DNA of 54,031 nt, from assembly GCA_008369845.1 (NCBI GenBank), contig MRSU01010600.1, positions 1-54,031 of the forward strand, written 5' to 3'. The position numbers were made by a program, and so were the translations under genes. The notes beneath the pieces are model-generated. The model was given only the letters and a program-made list of their open reading frames with translations, was not told the DNA's origin and searched no databases. Below are positions 30,982 through 41,802 of the stretch, piece after piece; positions within the stretch are counted from its first letter, which is position 1, and every line of letters starts with the position of its first letter. This DNA comes from Trichomonas gallinae. Lineage: Eukaryota.

Positions 30982-31342
30982 TCATAGATCAGCCTTGCAT
31001 ACTTACACCCATTACAAGAATCAACATAAAAATCTATTATTTGTTAATAATTAATTAAAATTTTGTTCTATACTTAAATTCAATCTGTTGTTTCTATCTT
31101 TTTCATCTTCAGAGAACCAATGAACACATTACAAATGACTTTAAGAGAGAAAATATAAAAGAAAATTTTAAAATGGATGATTTGAATGAATTTAAGTTGG
31201 GCTGTGTGTTTTTGTTCTAAAATATTATAGAATTGGCTATTTAAATTTTTCGTGAATCGCTTAAGTTTTAGAGAAAATTTGATTTTTTGAAGTAATTTAT
31301 TCAATTTTTACCTTGATTTTTTTCATTTTTTATTTTTCTCCA

Positions 31343-31870
31343 ATGAATGAACTAACGCAGATCCAGAATATTGAGAGATCTATTGCAGAAATTCTAGCTG
31401 CGTGCAGAAATGACCCAGCTAAGTCGGAAATTGCCCAAGTAAACTTTGATATGCTGATAACAACAATGAAAAAATTTGATCTCGGGCCTAAATACTACAA
31501 TGCTATACTCGAAGACTACGATTCTAACCAAAACAATCAAATGCAGACGTCTTTTCAAATGCAAGTCGAAAAGAGAGGCGAGCCTGACACATTCAAGTTT
31601 CCAATCATAGCTGAGCTCGAAAAAATCTATCACAAGAAGCTTATTCAAAGGGAACTTCAACTTTTAGGCACAAAACTTTCACAATTAACAGGATTAAAAT
31701 TAAACAGAGATACAAAGCGCAACAAAGTTAGTCTTTTGAACTGGTTCACTAACCATTGGCAAAATTTACACTCTAAAATTTACGAATTCCAACTTGATAG
31801 AATTGAGATTTTGAAAGAGCATCAACAACAACAAACAACAACAAATCCAGAAAATCCACCGATCACATAA
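31343..31870 (+). CDS. Hypothetical protein with small basic helical domain, about 175 aa
   Basis: ATG at 31343 after Inr TTCATTTT. Contains LSQLTGLKLNRDTKRNKVSLLNWF, possibly nucleic-acid binding. Confidence 0.8.
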   Translation: MNELTQIQNIERSIAEILAACRNDPAKSEIAQVNFDMLITTMKKFDLGPKYYNAILEDYDSNQNNQMQTSFQMQVEKRGEPDTFKFPIIAELEKIYHKKLIQRELQLLGTKLSQLTGLKLNRDTKRNKVSLLNWFTNHWQNLHSKIYEFQLDRIEILKEHQQQQTTTNPENPPIT

Positions 31871-32207
31871 TTACTTTTTATATATCAATACCCAAAATTT
31901 TACAAATTCGTCAAAATATGTATTTTATTTCGATAACCAACCAAAATACAATGAATTCTATTGACGCATTACAAATACATTACGTTTTTACTTACATTTC
32001 TTATCAATTCTTATTGATTTGTTGTTATATTTTTTATGATAAAAATTATATGTTAGTTTTTCAGCAAATAATGATGATAACATATTTCTTTATTGAAGAT
32101 CTTAATATATTTTAAATAGTTTTGATTTTTTAGGAAAAATGAAATAATATTTTGGTAAAAATAAAGAAATTGGCTCTTTTTATCAAAAAAATCTATGGAG
32201 AGGTAAT

Positions 32208-35204
32208 TTAGGCTGTGAAACCGAACTTGTTGAGGATCTCCTTGACAGCCGGGAAGACCTCCTTTGTGACCTTCATCGTCTTAACACTGACGGCTGTTGA
32301 AGCTGGAGCAGCCTGGGCGGCGGCACCCTTCTTCTTCTGTTGCTGCTTCTTTGGAGCTGTGACATCGAATGGCTGGCACGGTGGGGCGAACTTGCCACCC
32401 TGCTTTGACTCTTCGAACTGCTTCTTGGCGGCAGCGTTGATTGGCTCGAAGACGGCGTTGATCTCCTTGGCGAGGTCAGCGGCGATGTCCTGCTGGACCA
32501 TACCGACGATGTAGGATGGGCCTTGGACGAGGATGGACTTCTTGGCCATCTCTGGGAACTGTTTGCAGGCCTCTTCAATGCCCTTGATGAAGGATGTACC
32601 GTTCTCCTCTGTTCTGAGGACGATGTGTCTGTCACCTGGCTGGAAGGCGCAGCATCTGACGAGCAAGTTGATGACCTGGTCTGTGAGGGACTTGTTCTGG
32701 GATGTGAGCTGGTTCTTGGCAGCGAAGAACTTTGTGCAGTTGCCCATGATTTCCTGTGGAAGGCAGTCGAAGACGCCGCAGACGTCGTGGATCATCTTCA
32801 TATCCTCGCAGGCGGCCTTGATGGCGAGCTTGCCGGCGACGAATCTGCATCTGAAGACACCATCCTGGACGGAGTTGACACCGAGGATCTTGATCTGGCC
32901 GATCTCAGAAAGTCTTGAGACATGTGTTCCGCAGCAGGCTTCTGTATCGATGCCACCGATGTCGACAACTCTGATGGCGTCACCTGGGATGGCACCACCC
33001 TGGTAGAGGACGAAGCCCCATGTGTCTTCAGCTTCCTTACGTGTGTAGATGGACTTCTTGACGGCAGCGTTTGTCATGACGAGCTCGTTAGCGACGCGCT
33101 GGATCTCGACGACCTGCTCGAATGTTGGGAGGGAGTAGTGTGTAAGGTCGATGTGGGATTCAACCTTTGTCTTCTTGGCACCGTTCTGCCAGACGTGTGG
33201 ACCTAAGACTTTGCGGGCTGCAGCAGCGACGATGTGTGTAGCAGAGTGCTGTGTTCTCATGATCTCTCTGATCTCTGGGTCAACGAACATTGTGCATTCT
33301 GTGCCGATGAGTGACTCTGGGACATCAGCGTCGAGTGTGAAGATGGCGACCTTCTTAACCTTCTCAATGTTGAGAACTGTGTAGAGCTTGTCGCCGATCT
33401 TGATCTTGCCGTCATCGTGCTCCTGACCACCCTGTGTTGGGTAGAGGATTGTTCTGTCGAAGCAGACCTTTGTTGGGGCGAGGACCTTGATGAGCTTGGC
33501 TGTAGCCTCGTACTTGTACTCGTTCTCTGGGTAGTTGTAGATTTCCTCTGTGTCTGGGATGTCCTTGACGTCGTATGGGTCGAGAGCGATGCCCTTAGCT
33601 GTGCGGCACTTGTAGTCCTGGAGCTTGATGTAGAGATCGTCTGGCTTCTGGAGCTGTGAGTTCGGGTCGTCGACTGTGAAGGCTTCGATGATGTCGTCGG
33701 CAGAGACACCGTTGGATGTCATCTGGATGATCCACTCGTTGACTGGGATCTCCTTGCCGCGCCACTTGTTGACGAAGTTCTTGAGGAGCTTGATAGCGTT
33801 GGAGTGGGAGTTCTCCCAGCGTGTGTACTCGAGGCGGATGACATCCTCGAGGCAGCGGAGGTTGGAGAATGGACCGAAGAAGCCCTCGAGGCCCTTTGTG
33901 TGGGCCTTGAAGATTTCGATGATGCCATCAACACCGCCGATCTTCTCGAGCCAGTTGCGCTTCTTGATGATGTCGAAGACGATTCTGAGGATATCACGGA
34001 TGTTGCCAGCACCACCGACGTTGGATGGGAGGGCACCGTCTTCGATAGCGTAAAGAACTGTACGTGTGTGATCGCAGATGCGGACGAGATCGGAGAATTC
34101 GCGGAGATGGTTGCGGAACTTTGTAAGTCCAGCCTTGTCGAGTCCCATTTCAGTGCCGACCTTAGCCCATGTCTCTTCGATGTGCTGGTTCTCATCAGCG
34201 TCGAAGAGAGCTGTGTTTGGAGCGAACTTGCGGAATTCTGGTGTATCGATAGCGACACCAACCTTCTCGCCGAGGACTGGGAGGATGTAGTCGAAGACAT
34301 CGAGGTAGGATGTCCAGCCACCGTTGACCAACCATGGGATACGCTCGAGGCCGATACCGACATCGACGACCTTTGTTGTGATTGGCTCGAACTTGCCGTC
34401 TGGTGTGACGGAGTACTCTGTGAAGACCATGTTACCGATTTCGAGACCGCCGTAGAAGTATTCTACGCAGGCGCCGCAGTTGCCACCGCCAGCCCAGACG
34501 TCCTCGATGAATGTGAGCTTCTTTGGATCGAGCTTGAGTGTCTCGATGCACCATCTGTAGTTGTTAGCGATGAGTGTGTCCTTCCAGAAGATTTCTTCGT
34601 ATTCGCCGTACATGTTTGGCTCCTTGCGCTGGCGGTCAGCTCTGTTGAAGACCTGAATGCCGAGCATGTTGAAGCCGGAGTAGTGACGGCCTGTGATACC
34701 GATGTTATCAAGATCGTTGAAACGGAGGCAGAACTGGCAAGCGCAGAGTGGGTTAGCCGGTGGCTCAGACTCGCCAGTGACGCAGAATGGCTGGAAGCAG
34801 TAAATGCCAGCAGCGACGAATTCGACATCGGACCTCCAGCGGCAAACGACTGGATAACGCTTGATTGCTGTGTATGGGACTGGCTCGTTTGTCTCCATGG
34901 ACTTCTTGAAGTCGAGCCATGCCTGTAAGTATGTAACTCTTTCCTTCGGTGGTTCATCTGGGTGAAGGAATGAGTAACCGCCTGCACACTCTGAGTCACC
35001 ACAGTCCTTGCGGTCGTGGTCAGCTGTCCAGAACCTCTTGTGGCAGTGTTCGCACTCTTTCTGGATGAATCCTTTTGATGTTAAGAACTTGAATGGCCAT
35101 GGATTGTGGCCGCTCGCCTTAAGCTGCGCGAAGTACTTTCTGGCAGCAGCCTTGACTTCACTTGGTGTTAAGTTAAAAGTCTGTTGAGCTTCCTCCTTAG
35201 ACAT
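32208..35204 (-). CDS. alaS: Alanyl-tRNA synthetase, archaeal-type, 998 aa
   Basis: N-terminal CEHC..FWT..CGD..C..YSF zinc motif, RYPVVCRWRSD, CLRFNDLDNIGITGRH, WAGGGNCG, GLEIGNMVF, VDVGIGLER, DHTR. Editing domain HSATH..QNGAKK..EACCGTH. Confidence 0.96.
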   Translation of the reverse strand: MSKEEAQQTFNLTPSEVKAAARKYFAQLKASGHNPWPFKFLTSKGFIQKECEHCHKRFWTADHDRKDCGDSECAGGYSFLHPDEPPKERVTYLQAWLDFKKSMETNEPVPYTAIKRYPVVCRWRSDVEFVAAGIYCFQPFCVTGESEPPANPLCACQFCLRFNDLDNIGITGRHYSGFNMLGIQVFNRADRQRKEPNMYGEYEEIFWKDTLIANNYRWCIETLKLDPKKLTFIEDVWAGGGNCGACVEYFYGGLEIGNMVFTEYSVTPDGKFEPITTKVVDVGIGLERIPWLVNGGWTSYLDVFDYILPVLGEKVGVAIDTPEFRKFAPNTALFDADENQHIEETWAKVGTEMGLDKAGLTKFRNHLREFSDLVRICDHTRTVLYAIEDGALPSNVGGAGNIRDILRIVFDIIKKRNWLEKIGGVDGIIEIFKAHTKGLEGFFGPFSNLRCLEDVIRLEYTRWENSHSNAIKLLKNFVNKWRGKEIPVNEWIIQMTSNGVSADDIIEAFTVDDPNSQLQKPDDLYIKLQDYKCRTAKGIALDPYDVKDIPDTEEIYNYPENEYKYEATAKLIKVLAPTKVCFDRTILYPTQGGQEHDDGKIKIGDKLYTVLNIEKVKKVAIFTLDADVPESLIGTECTMFVDPEIREIMRTQHSATHIVAAAARKVLGPHVWQNGAKKTKVESHIDLTHYSLPTFEQVVEIQRVANELVMTNAAVKKSIYTRKEAEDTWGFVLYQGGAIPGDAIRVVDIGGIDTEACCGTHVSRLSEIGQIKILGVNSVQDGVFRCRFVAGKLAIKAACEDMKMIHDVCGVFDCLPQEIMGNCTKFFAAKNQLTSQNKSLTDQVINLLVRCCAFQPGDRHIVLRTEENGTSFIKGIEEACKQFPEMAKKSILVQGPSYIVGMVQQDIAADLAKEINAVFEPINAAAKKQFEESKQGGKFAPPCQPFDVTAPKKQQQKKKGAAAQAAPASTAVSVKTMKVTKEVFPAVKEILNKFGFTA

Positions 35205-35229
35205 TTTTTAGTTTTTTTTTATAATGGTC

Positions 35230-35234
35230 AAAGG
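35230..35234 (-). promoter_or_regulatory. M5 (CCTTT) element upstream of AlaRS
   Basis: Minus strand ttttCCTTTgaccattataaaaaaaactaaaaaATG. Confidence 0.5.
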
Positions 35235-35329
35235 AAAAAATTTTTTTGTCTATCGGCAAATTTTTAATTATTAAATATCTGTATTTGTAACAACAATAAA
35301 CCAAAATTTCGTATTTTTTTTTCAATTTT

Positions 35330-35780
35330 CAATTTTTTTTATTCATCATTAATGTATTCCTATAGAAAGCTGTTTTTTACAAGAATTTTTACAAAATATC
35401 AAATTGTTCATCTTCTTTTCAATTTTTAAAGTTATTATTATAGTATTATTGTAATAGATTTGTTTTTTACAAGAAAAATGGGAAAATATCAAATTGTTCA
35501 ATGTAATTTGAATTTTTTTAAATATCATTATTCATTATGCGAAATTGATCTGCTTTCCACGATAAATTTGTGAAATGTCAGATTGTACACTAAATTTGAG
35601 AAAAAATCTTTATTTGTTATGTAATTCATTAGAATAGAGCATGGTTATATTATATTTTTGCTAATTTGCTAAATTGTTCAATAAATTTGAGAAAAAAATG
35701 TTTCATTTGTTGTGTTTTGCCTTCAACGTTTTGTAATTCATTTATATAGAGCATATTTGTATCATATTTTGCTTTTATTT
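35330..35780. repeat. Degenerate ~90-bp tandem array (4-5 units)
   Basis: TGTTTTTTACAAGAA..AAAATATCAAATTGTTCA at 35371 and 35461, with a decayed copy at 35551. TAAATTTGAGAAAAAA..TGTAATTCATT..ATAGAGCAT occurs twice downstream. Confidence 0.8.
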
Positions 35781-36194
35781 GTTAAAAAGATTTTGACAAA
35801 AATTATTTTAAAGTGTTCAGACGTTTTTCAGTTAAAAAACAAATCTATATAGTATAAAAAGTCCGAAAAACTTGTTTTTGTCGGCTGATTTGATAGAAAT
35901 TTTGAAAATAATTTTTTTTTATGCTGCCAACCTTCTAACTTTTAAAATCTTGATGTTTGATGTGAATATAAAACAGCTCAAAGAAAAATTTGAATATTTA
36001 CTTTGACAAGATGAAATTTAGTCCGATGAACTAATCTATCATCAAACAAGATAGTATCGCTGTTGTCTTTGTAGTGTAAGAATGACATAGAGCTTTGGAG
36101 AAATAATTTTTAAAGATATTTTCCAGATTATTGATCAAATTTTGTAAAAAAAATTATAAGTTAATAAGTTAACATCAATTGAATCTTTATTTAA

Positions 36195-38078
36195 TTAGAG
36201 TGTAGAATATTTCTTCTTACCAACGATGTGGCAGAAAAGAACGAAGCCGCAGAATGCGACAACGATAACTGTAACTGTCGAGATAACCGGTGTAGCCCAC
36301 TTAGGCATTGGCGTCTCCTTCTCCCAGCCAGCCGGGCAAGCGTCCTGCTCGAATGGACCAGACTTATCACCTGGGAAGCACTTAGAGTGATAAATGCAAT
36401 AGCCACAGAGCTCCGCCTTCATGCAGTCGTCCTTTGCGAGGTCGCAGGCGTCGTAGCCCTCAGATCTAAACTTGATCCAAGAGAAATTCCAGACGTCTGG
36501 AAGGCCGTCGTGTGTAACTTTGAACTTTCCGTTGAAATCCCAGTTTGGATTTCCGTGTTCATTAGCTGGGGACGCGATGGCGTCGAACATCATCTTTGTG
36601 GCGTAGTCTGTGTAGCGGGCAGCCTTTGTATCGAGGCCACCGAAGGCTTTAGACGCGCCATATGGATCTCCATCGCGTCTGAGGTCGTAGCGGGACATAA
36701 TCTGCTGGGAGGCATCACCGTTGGAATAAACATCGCGACGCCAGTTGTTGTAGCGCATGAAACTCTTGAATTTTTCGTAATCATTAATATATGGAGCTTC
36801 GCGGGCCATAAGGTTGTAGCGAGCGGATCCTTCGTAGAGATAGAATAATCTCATGTGTGGTAGCTCCTTAATCCTTTCTGGATATCCCATTAAATTGTAA
36901 AGGTACTTAGAGTGTGGTTTGTTGATGGATGGCCAGTAGCCCATGCTAAGGACTTGTTCTGTGACATCCTCCTTCTGCCAGAATGGGCCTGGAACCTGTT
37001 CGACGACCCACATGAAATCTTTGCCTGGGCGTTTGCCGCGTGTGAAGAGGTTCGTGTCTACAATAACGTACTGGTTGTTATATGTACCCATGTTGTTCTT
37101 CATAAATGTATCAATCCATTCTTCGCCCTTATTTGTTGTCCACATGGCTAAGGTAGCTCTGAACCATGTCGACATGGAGGCTGGCTTAACGTAATCGTAG
37201 AGAGACATGTTGAAAATAGACATTGTTGTTTCGAGGACCATTAAACCGCTGTCTGCGAGGTAGAAGTCATCATATGATGAGATCTTGCCTGGGCGTGTTG
37301 AAAGGGAGAGGCGGTGAGCCTTGAACTCCTTGATTGGGAAATAATATTCCTTGAGAACGCCGTGGAGGTCGCGGTAGTCACTCCATGCATCGTGTGCGAA
37401 GTAGATATCGGAATAGTCATCAAGAATGCGAATTAAGCCAGAGCAGTGGTCGCCCATTTCTTCTGGGTCGCCTGGCTTGATTTCGTTGAGTGTTGCCATT
37501 GGGCCAGCGCTCTGCGATGTCTCCTTGACACGGTCGAGGTAGTGGCCGATGTCTCCGAGGTCGCCTTCGGACTGCAAAACCCAATGATCGAGAAGTGACA
37601 TGCGGCCGTGTCCTTCGGCCATGTCGTAGCCCTCTACTATGCCCTTGATCTGTGTGAATAAGTAGGAGACTTGGCGCCAGTATAATGACTCTGGATAAGC
37701 CTCAATTGATTGTTCAATAAATCTGTAGCCTGTTTTCATGAAGTTTTGGAATTGTTTTGTGTATCTGTCATTGTCTGTAGCTGCGTCACGTGGGAATCCC
37801 TTGATGTCGCAGATCAACTTGAAATGGTTATAAATATCTTTATGGGCTAAGTAGCCTTCAACAGCGCCAGAGCAGCGCATCATATCAATTGGATCTGCTT
37901 TCTCATTGCCAATGACATGTAATTGATACCAACCAGTAGAATTGATATCTCCATCGTAAATCGCGTAAGCTGCAGCCGATTTGTCAATTCCATCAGTGAT
38001 TTTGAGTTCGCCATTAACTACATTGCAACTCGCAGTGACGTTTGCTGATGCAGTTAAAGCTGTGAAGAAATGTAACAT
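36195..38078 (-). CDS. Phospholipase B-like Ntn-hydrolase, type I membrane protein (lysosomal/surface), about 627 aa
   Basis: Signal-like MLHFFTALTASA, TGWYQLHV, GAVEGYL, nucleophile HCSGLI, SYDDFY, NMGTYNNQY, EQVPG, RYNN, SRYDL, GGLDTK. Cys-rich module, TM helix and tail ending YSTL. Start follows Inr GTCACTTTT. Confidence 0.92.
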   Translation of the reverse strand: MLHFFTALTASANVTASCNVVNGELKITDGIDKSAAAYAIYDGDINSTGWYQLHVIGNEKADPIDMMRCSGAVEGYLAHKDIYNHFKLICDIKGFPRDAATDNDRYTKQFQNFMKTGYRFIEQSIEAYPESLYWRQVSYLFTQIKGIVEGYDMAEGHGRMSLLDHWVLQSEGDLGDIGHYLDRVKETSQSAGPMATLNEIKPGDPEEMGDHCSGLIRILDDYSDIYFAHDAWSDYRDLHGVLKEYYFPIKEFKAHRLSLSTRPGKISSYDDFYLADSGLMVLETTMSIFNMSLYDYVKPASMSTWFRATLAMWTTNKGEEWIDTFMKNNMGTYNNQYVIVDTNLFTRGKRPGKDFMWVVEQVPGPFWQKEDVTEQVLSMGYWPSINKPHSKYLYNLMGYPERIKELPHMRLFYLYEGSARYNLMAREAPYINDYEKFKSFMRYNNWRRDVYSNGDASQQIMSRYDLRRDGDPYGASKAFGGLDTKAARYTDYATKMMFDAIASPANEHGNPNWDFNGKFKVTHDGLPDVWNFSWIKFRSEGYDACDLAKDDCMKAELCGYCIYHSKCFPGDKSGPFEQDACPAGWEKETPMPKWATPVISTVTVIVVAFCGFVLFCHIVGKKKYSTL

Positions 38079-38571
38079 TTTTGAAAAGTGACAAACACAA
38101 CCGATCTTCTCAATTTTACTAATCACCAATTTTAGCATCAGATTTAATATATTAATAGAGAATGTGTTCTAAATTCTTAAATAAAAGCCTCAATTTTCAT
38201 TTTTTGAAATATGAAAAATTTTTTTATTGTTTTTGAGATTACTTATATAATAAAATAGTTTTACCTACTTCTATTTAATTTATATTTCATTGCTTTCCCT
38301 CTGAAAACAAGTTTGAATTTTTTCAATATATTATTTTATTCCATATCATTATTTTTGAGATGAGAAATAGAAGTTTTGGCTCAAAAATATTAATATGAAC
38401 CACTACAAATAATTCAATTTTTTAAATTATTTTTTTGATTTTATATAAATTGTTTAAAGACTTTCTGAAATAGAAAATACATTTAAAAACAATTTCATGC
38501 AATTTGTAGAATGATATTGTAAATTAGAGAAAAATAACAAATTTTATCTAACATATTAAAAGAATTACTTA

Positions 38572-39564
38572 CTAATAACAATTAATAGGTTCCATATGTA
38601 CAAGACTGTTAGAATCATGAATGTGACAAGTTGGAAAACTGTGAAGATCAGCTGTTCCATACAAATTAAAGACAACTTTGTATTCCTTCATCATTCCATG
38701 CACATTTCCTAATTTTGCACGCGGACAGTCGAAAACACAGTCTTGTAAAATAAAATAATTTGCGCCAAAAGTTGACTGATGACAGAAGACTACTGCATCA
38801 TTCTTATAAACTATGAGCTCACGAAGTATAACCGTTGAGCCAGATAAGTAAATCAAAGCATCTTCAGTGATATTATTTCCAATTAAATTTACACATGAGA
38901 TTGTATCATCAGGCTTCAAGAGGATGAACGAGAGAACTTGGTTTGGTGAAGAATTGTTATAAAATTCATTCGCAAATAATTTGAACGATAAAGATTCAAA
39001 AGTTAATAATCCACATGCATAATGCGCATTAACATTATATGATGCATTCAAATATAGAAACCTTTGGACACCTTGTCGTGCAACAATCACTTCAGATCCA
39101 TTATCATCAAATTCATAAGGGCATTGATATGTAGAAACCATGGAAGAGTTAATTAGATTGGACTCAGTATAAAAGGCTTCACCAGCAAATGCTGATCCTG
39201 AACAAACACACCTTGTAAAATAAACTCCGTTCATTTCAACTGCGTCAACGACTGAATAAACAGCACCACCCTTAACAAGTGATGAGCAGTTTTTGAATAC
39301 TGTATTGTTTATTATTATACTCGACATTTTCGAATTTATTGATATTGCAGATCCAGCATCGTTTGTAAAACAGTCTAAAAATATACTGTTTGTAATCGAA
39401 TCTTGGCATTGCTTCGCATTAATGTTGTTTGTTTTATGAACTAACGAATATTCTGTTTTCATTGACGAATGAAGCTGGAGATTGAAGCATTCATGATGAA
39501 ATTTCGAAAAAATTGTATCATTTATTGTTGCCAGTTTACACAAAGAAGCAACAAAAAGATACAT
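38572..39564 (-). CDS. Secreted parallel beta-helix (Pmp-like) hypothetical protein, about 330 aa
   Basis: Hydrophobic N-terminus MYLFVASL. Repeats FLDC..GSAISI, FKNC..GGAVYS, FTRC..GEAFY, FYNN. Confidence 0.7.
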   Translation of the reverse strand: MYLFVASLCKLATINDTIFSKFHHECFNLQLHSSMKTEYSLVHKTNNINAKQCQDSITNSIFLDCFTNDAGSAISINSKMSSIIINNTVFKNCSSLVKGGAVYSVVDAVEMNGVYFTRCVCSGSAFAGEAFYTESNLINSSMVSTYQCPYEFDDNGSEVIVARQGVQRFLYLNASYNVNAHYACGLLTFESLSFKLFANEFYNNSSPNQVLSFILLKPDDTISCVNLIGNNITEDALIYLSGSTVILRELIVYKNDAVVFCHQSTFGANYFILQDCVFDCPRAKLGNVHGMMKEYKVVFNLYGTADLHSFPTCHIHDSNSLVHMEPINCY

Positions 39565-39890
39565 TTTTGAAAAATCAAATCTATTGTCTTTAGATTTTAT
39601 GCATTTTTTATTAAAAATATAGCATCTACTAACCACAAATCATCACTTTTCAGCTACTTTTTACCCAAAAATCAATTATTTCACCAAAATATCAATATTT
39701 TATCTGCAAATTCTCATTATTATATAGATTTGAGCAGAAATTTTGATATGAATTTTGCTATTTATGTGTTTGTTGATAGATTTAGATGATCAAATTTGAA
39801 ATTTAGATACAAAATTTTATTCTATTGAAGTATATTGTATTTTCTGTCATCGAAGCCGACTGGTTTCGACTTCAATTAAGAATTATTCTA

Positions 39891-41114
39891 TTATATTTTG
39901 ACATGATCAAGCTTAATGATATAAACACCTTGCTTTGTCTTGATTGTTGGGTGCCAACGTCCGAGTCTTTCTTCATAAGAGATCTGGACGGCTAAGAAGT
40001 CGCCGCGCTCAGAGAATTTCATGTCGACAACATAACCCTCTAATTTAACATTAAAAAGCGGCAAAATCTTTCTATCCTTAATCTCCCAGAAGCGAATATA
40101 ACCATCGCAGCTTCCACTAGCAAATAATTTACGATATCTGAAAGCTGCGATCGCAGAAATTGGATTTCCGTGTCCGTGAGCGTGTTCTAATACATACTGA
40201 GGATTCTTCTTCGTCAAATCCCACAGGCAGAGCTGCTCATCAGCAGAACCTGTAATACACATGTTATTATTGAATAATGAAATTGCTTCGATCGACTGGA
40301 GGCATTTCTTTGACAGGAATAAGAGCTGCTTGTCCTCGCGATACTTCCAGAGTCTTACAGACCTGTCAGCGCCGCAAGAAACGAGAACATTGCAAAAATC
40401 GAGACCGAGAACGGAAGACTGGTGTCCGAACAATGTATGAAGTATATTTCCGTTTGTGCTGTCCCAAACACGAACGTTCAAGTCATCAGAGCAAGAAAAG
40501 ACTTCAATTCCTTTTTGATTGAAAACAACACCGGTAACTGGCTTTTTGTGTCCTTTCAATATGATCGGGCTTTCATTGCCTTCTATGTCGTAGATAGTAA
40601 CTTCGCCGTCGTTCGTTCCAACAGCTAAAACTTTTCTTGAATACTGATAATCTATCGAATTAACTTCTGTTTTAGTACTTGCGACGAGTGTGTGCTTTCT
40701 GTAGTTGGGATTTGACAAGTCATAATCGATCTTCACAACAGTTCTATCTTTTGATCCGCTGAATATGCATCCAGGGCCAAAACAAATGCAAGTTGGAGCA
40801 ACTCTGTGTGCTCTATATCTAATTGGTTCAGGAAATTCCTTGCTTAATTGAATTTTAATTTCATCGAATCTTGTTCCTGACTGTTCTTCGTAGTCCGCTC
40901 TAAGAATTTTCTCTGCTTCTTCGTCATTGTCGGCGTTCTGTTTACGAATGAATTCGAGATGCTCTTTCGCTTTTCTTATACGTTTTTCATCTGGTGTTTC
41001 TGTGAAGAAGTTGTCATTTTGATCGTCATTATCGCCTGAATCTGAGTCAACGACATCCGGGATCTCATCGGAATCAATCTCCTCGTCCTCGTCCTTCAGA
41101 TTCCGGCGCTTCAT
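39891..41114 (-). CDS. WD40 protein, Rrp9/U3-55K-like U3 snoRNP component, about 407 aa
   Basis: Acidic N-terminus with ETPDEKRIRKAKEHL, TLFGHQ, DRSVRLWK, LFASGSCDG, and C-terminal EERLGRW typical of Rrp9. First in-frame ATG at 41114 with TCACT upstream. Confidence 0.88.
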   Translation of the reverse strand: MKRRNLKDEDEEIDSDEIPDVVDSDSGDNDDQNDNFFTETPDEKRIRKAKEHLEFIRKQNADNDEEAEKILRADYEEQSGTRFDEIKIQLSKEFPEPIRYRAHRVAPTCICFGPGCIFSGSKDRTVVKIDYDLSNPNYRKHTLVASTKTEVNSIDYQYSRKVLAVGTNDGEVTIYDIEGNESPIILKGHKKPVTGVVFNQKGIEVFSCSDDLNVRVWDSTNGNILHTLFGHQSSVLGLDFCNVLVSCGADRSVRLWKYREDKQLLFLSKKCLQSIEAISLFNNNMCITGSADEQLCLWDLTKKNPQYVLEHAHGHGNPISAIAAFRYRKLFASGSCDGYIRFWEIKDRKILPLFNVKLEGYVVDMKFSERGDFLAVQISYEERLGRWHPTIKTKQGVYIIKLDHVKI

Positions 41115-41439
41115 TATAGATTTTAGTGATTGGACAGAGTCATTCAATTTTAAAGCCAAAAATTTAAAATCTCGAAAAGTGACAGGTCAATTCTTTTTCT
41201 TCTTCGTTTTTCTCTTTATCTAGCAGCTTTCGACGAACATTTTAACAGTAAAGTATTATGTTTAGAGGAGTACTACATTGCCATATAGTTATTTCTACAT
41301 TTTCATGCAATAATCATTATTGTCCTGAAAAAAATTCTCAAGATATAGTGAATTTAATCATATCTTATTATTATCTATTAATAATAATATTGTTAAAATA
41401 TGATAAAATAGGTTATTATTGATAATATTATAATTTCAA

Positions 41440-41690
41440 AATATATTTTCTATTTTACAATAAAATATTATGAAAACAAATAATAATTCTTATACTTTAA
41501 ATATATTTTCTTTCACAGCACTTTAAATTCTTAATTTCAATTTTGAAATTAATATTTTTTCTATTTTGTATTAAAATATACTGAAAATAATTAGGAATAT
41601 ATATGTTTTATATGTATTTTCTTTTCCAGCATTCTAAATTAATATTTTTATTTTTGAATTAAAATATTTTCTCTATTTTATAAATTTATC
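41440..41690. repeat. AT-rich degenerate tandem duplication (about 120-bp unit)
   Basis: TTTTCTATTTT..TAAAATAT..TGAAAA..TATTTTCTTT..CAGCA.T.TAAATT..TTTTGAA occurs twice. Confidence 0.65.
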
Positions 41691-41802
41691 AATAAACATG
41701 TTGCTAATAGCTTATGTTCATACAGAATTTAGTATTATTTTTGGCTAGTATAAAACTTTATATTATTTTATATCAGTAATACACACATACAATAATTATA
41801 AC

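Noticed and set aside
20633..41114. Apparent cluster of RNA-modification and ribosome-biogenesis genes (NSUN2-like, EMG1-like, AlaRS, Rrp9-like)
   Set aside because: Interspersed with unrelated genes on both strands; compatible with chance.
41110..41145. Possible GT..ACTAA..AG intron joining an upstream ATG to the Rrp9-like ORF
   Set aside because: Removal leaves the upstream ATG out of frame and it reaches a stop. TCACT is better explained as the initiator.
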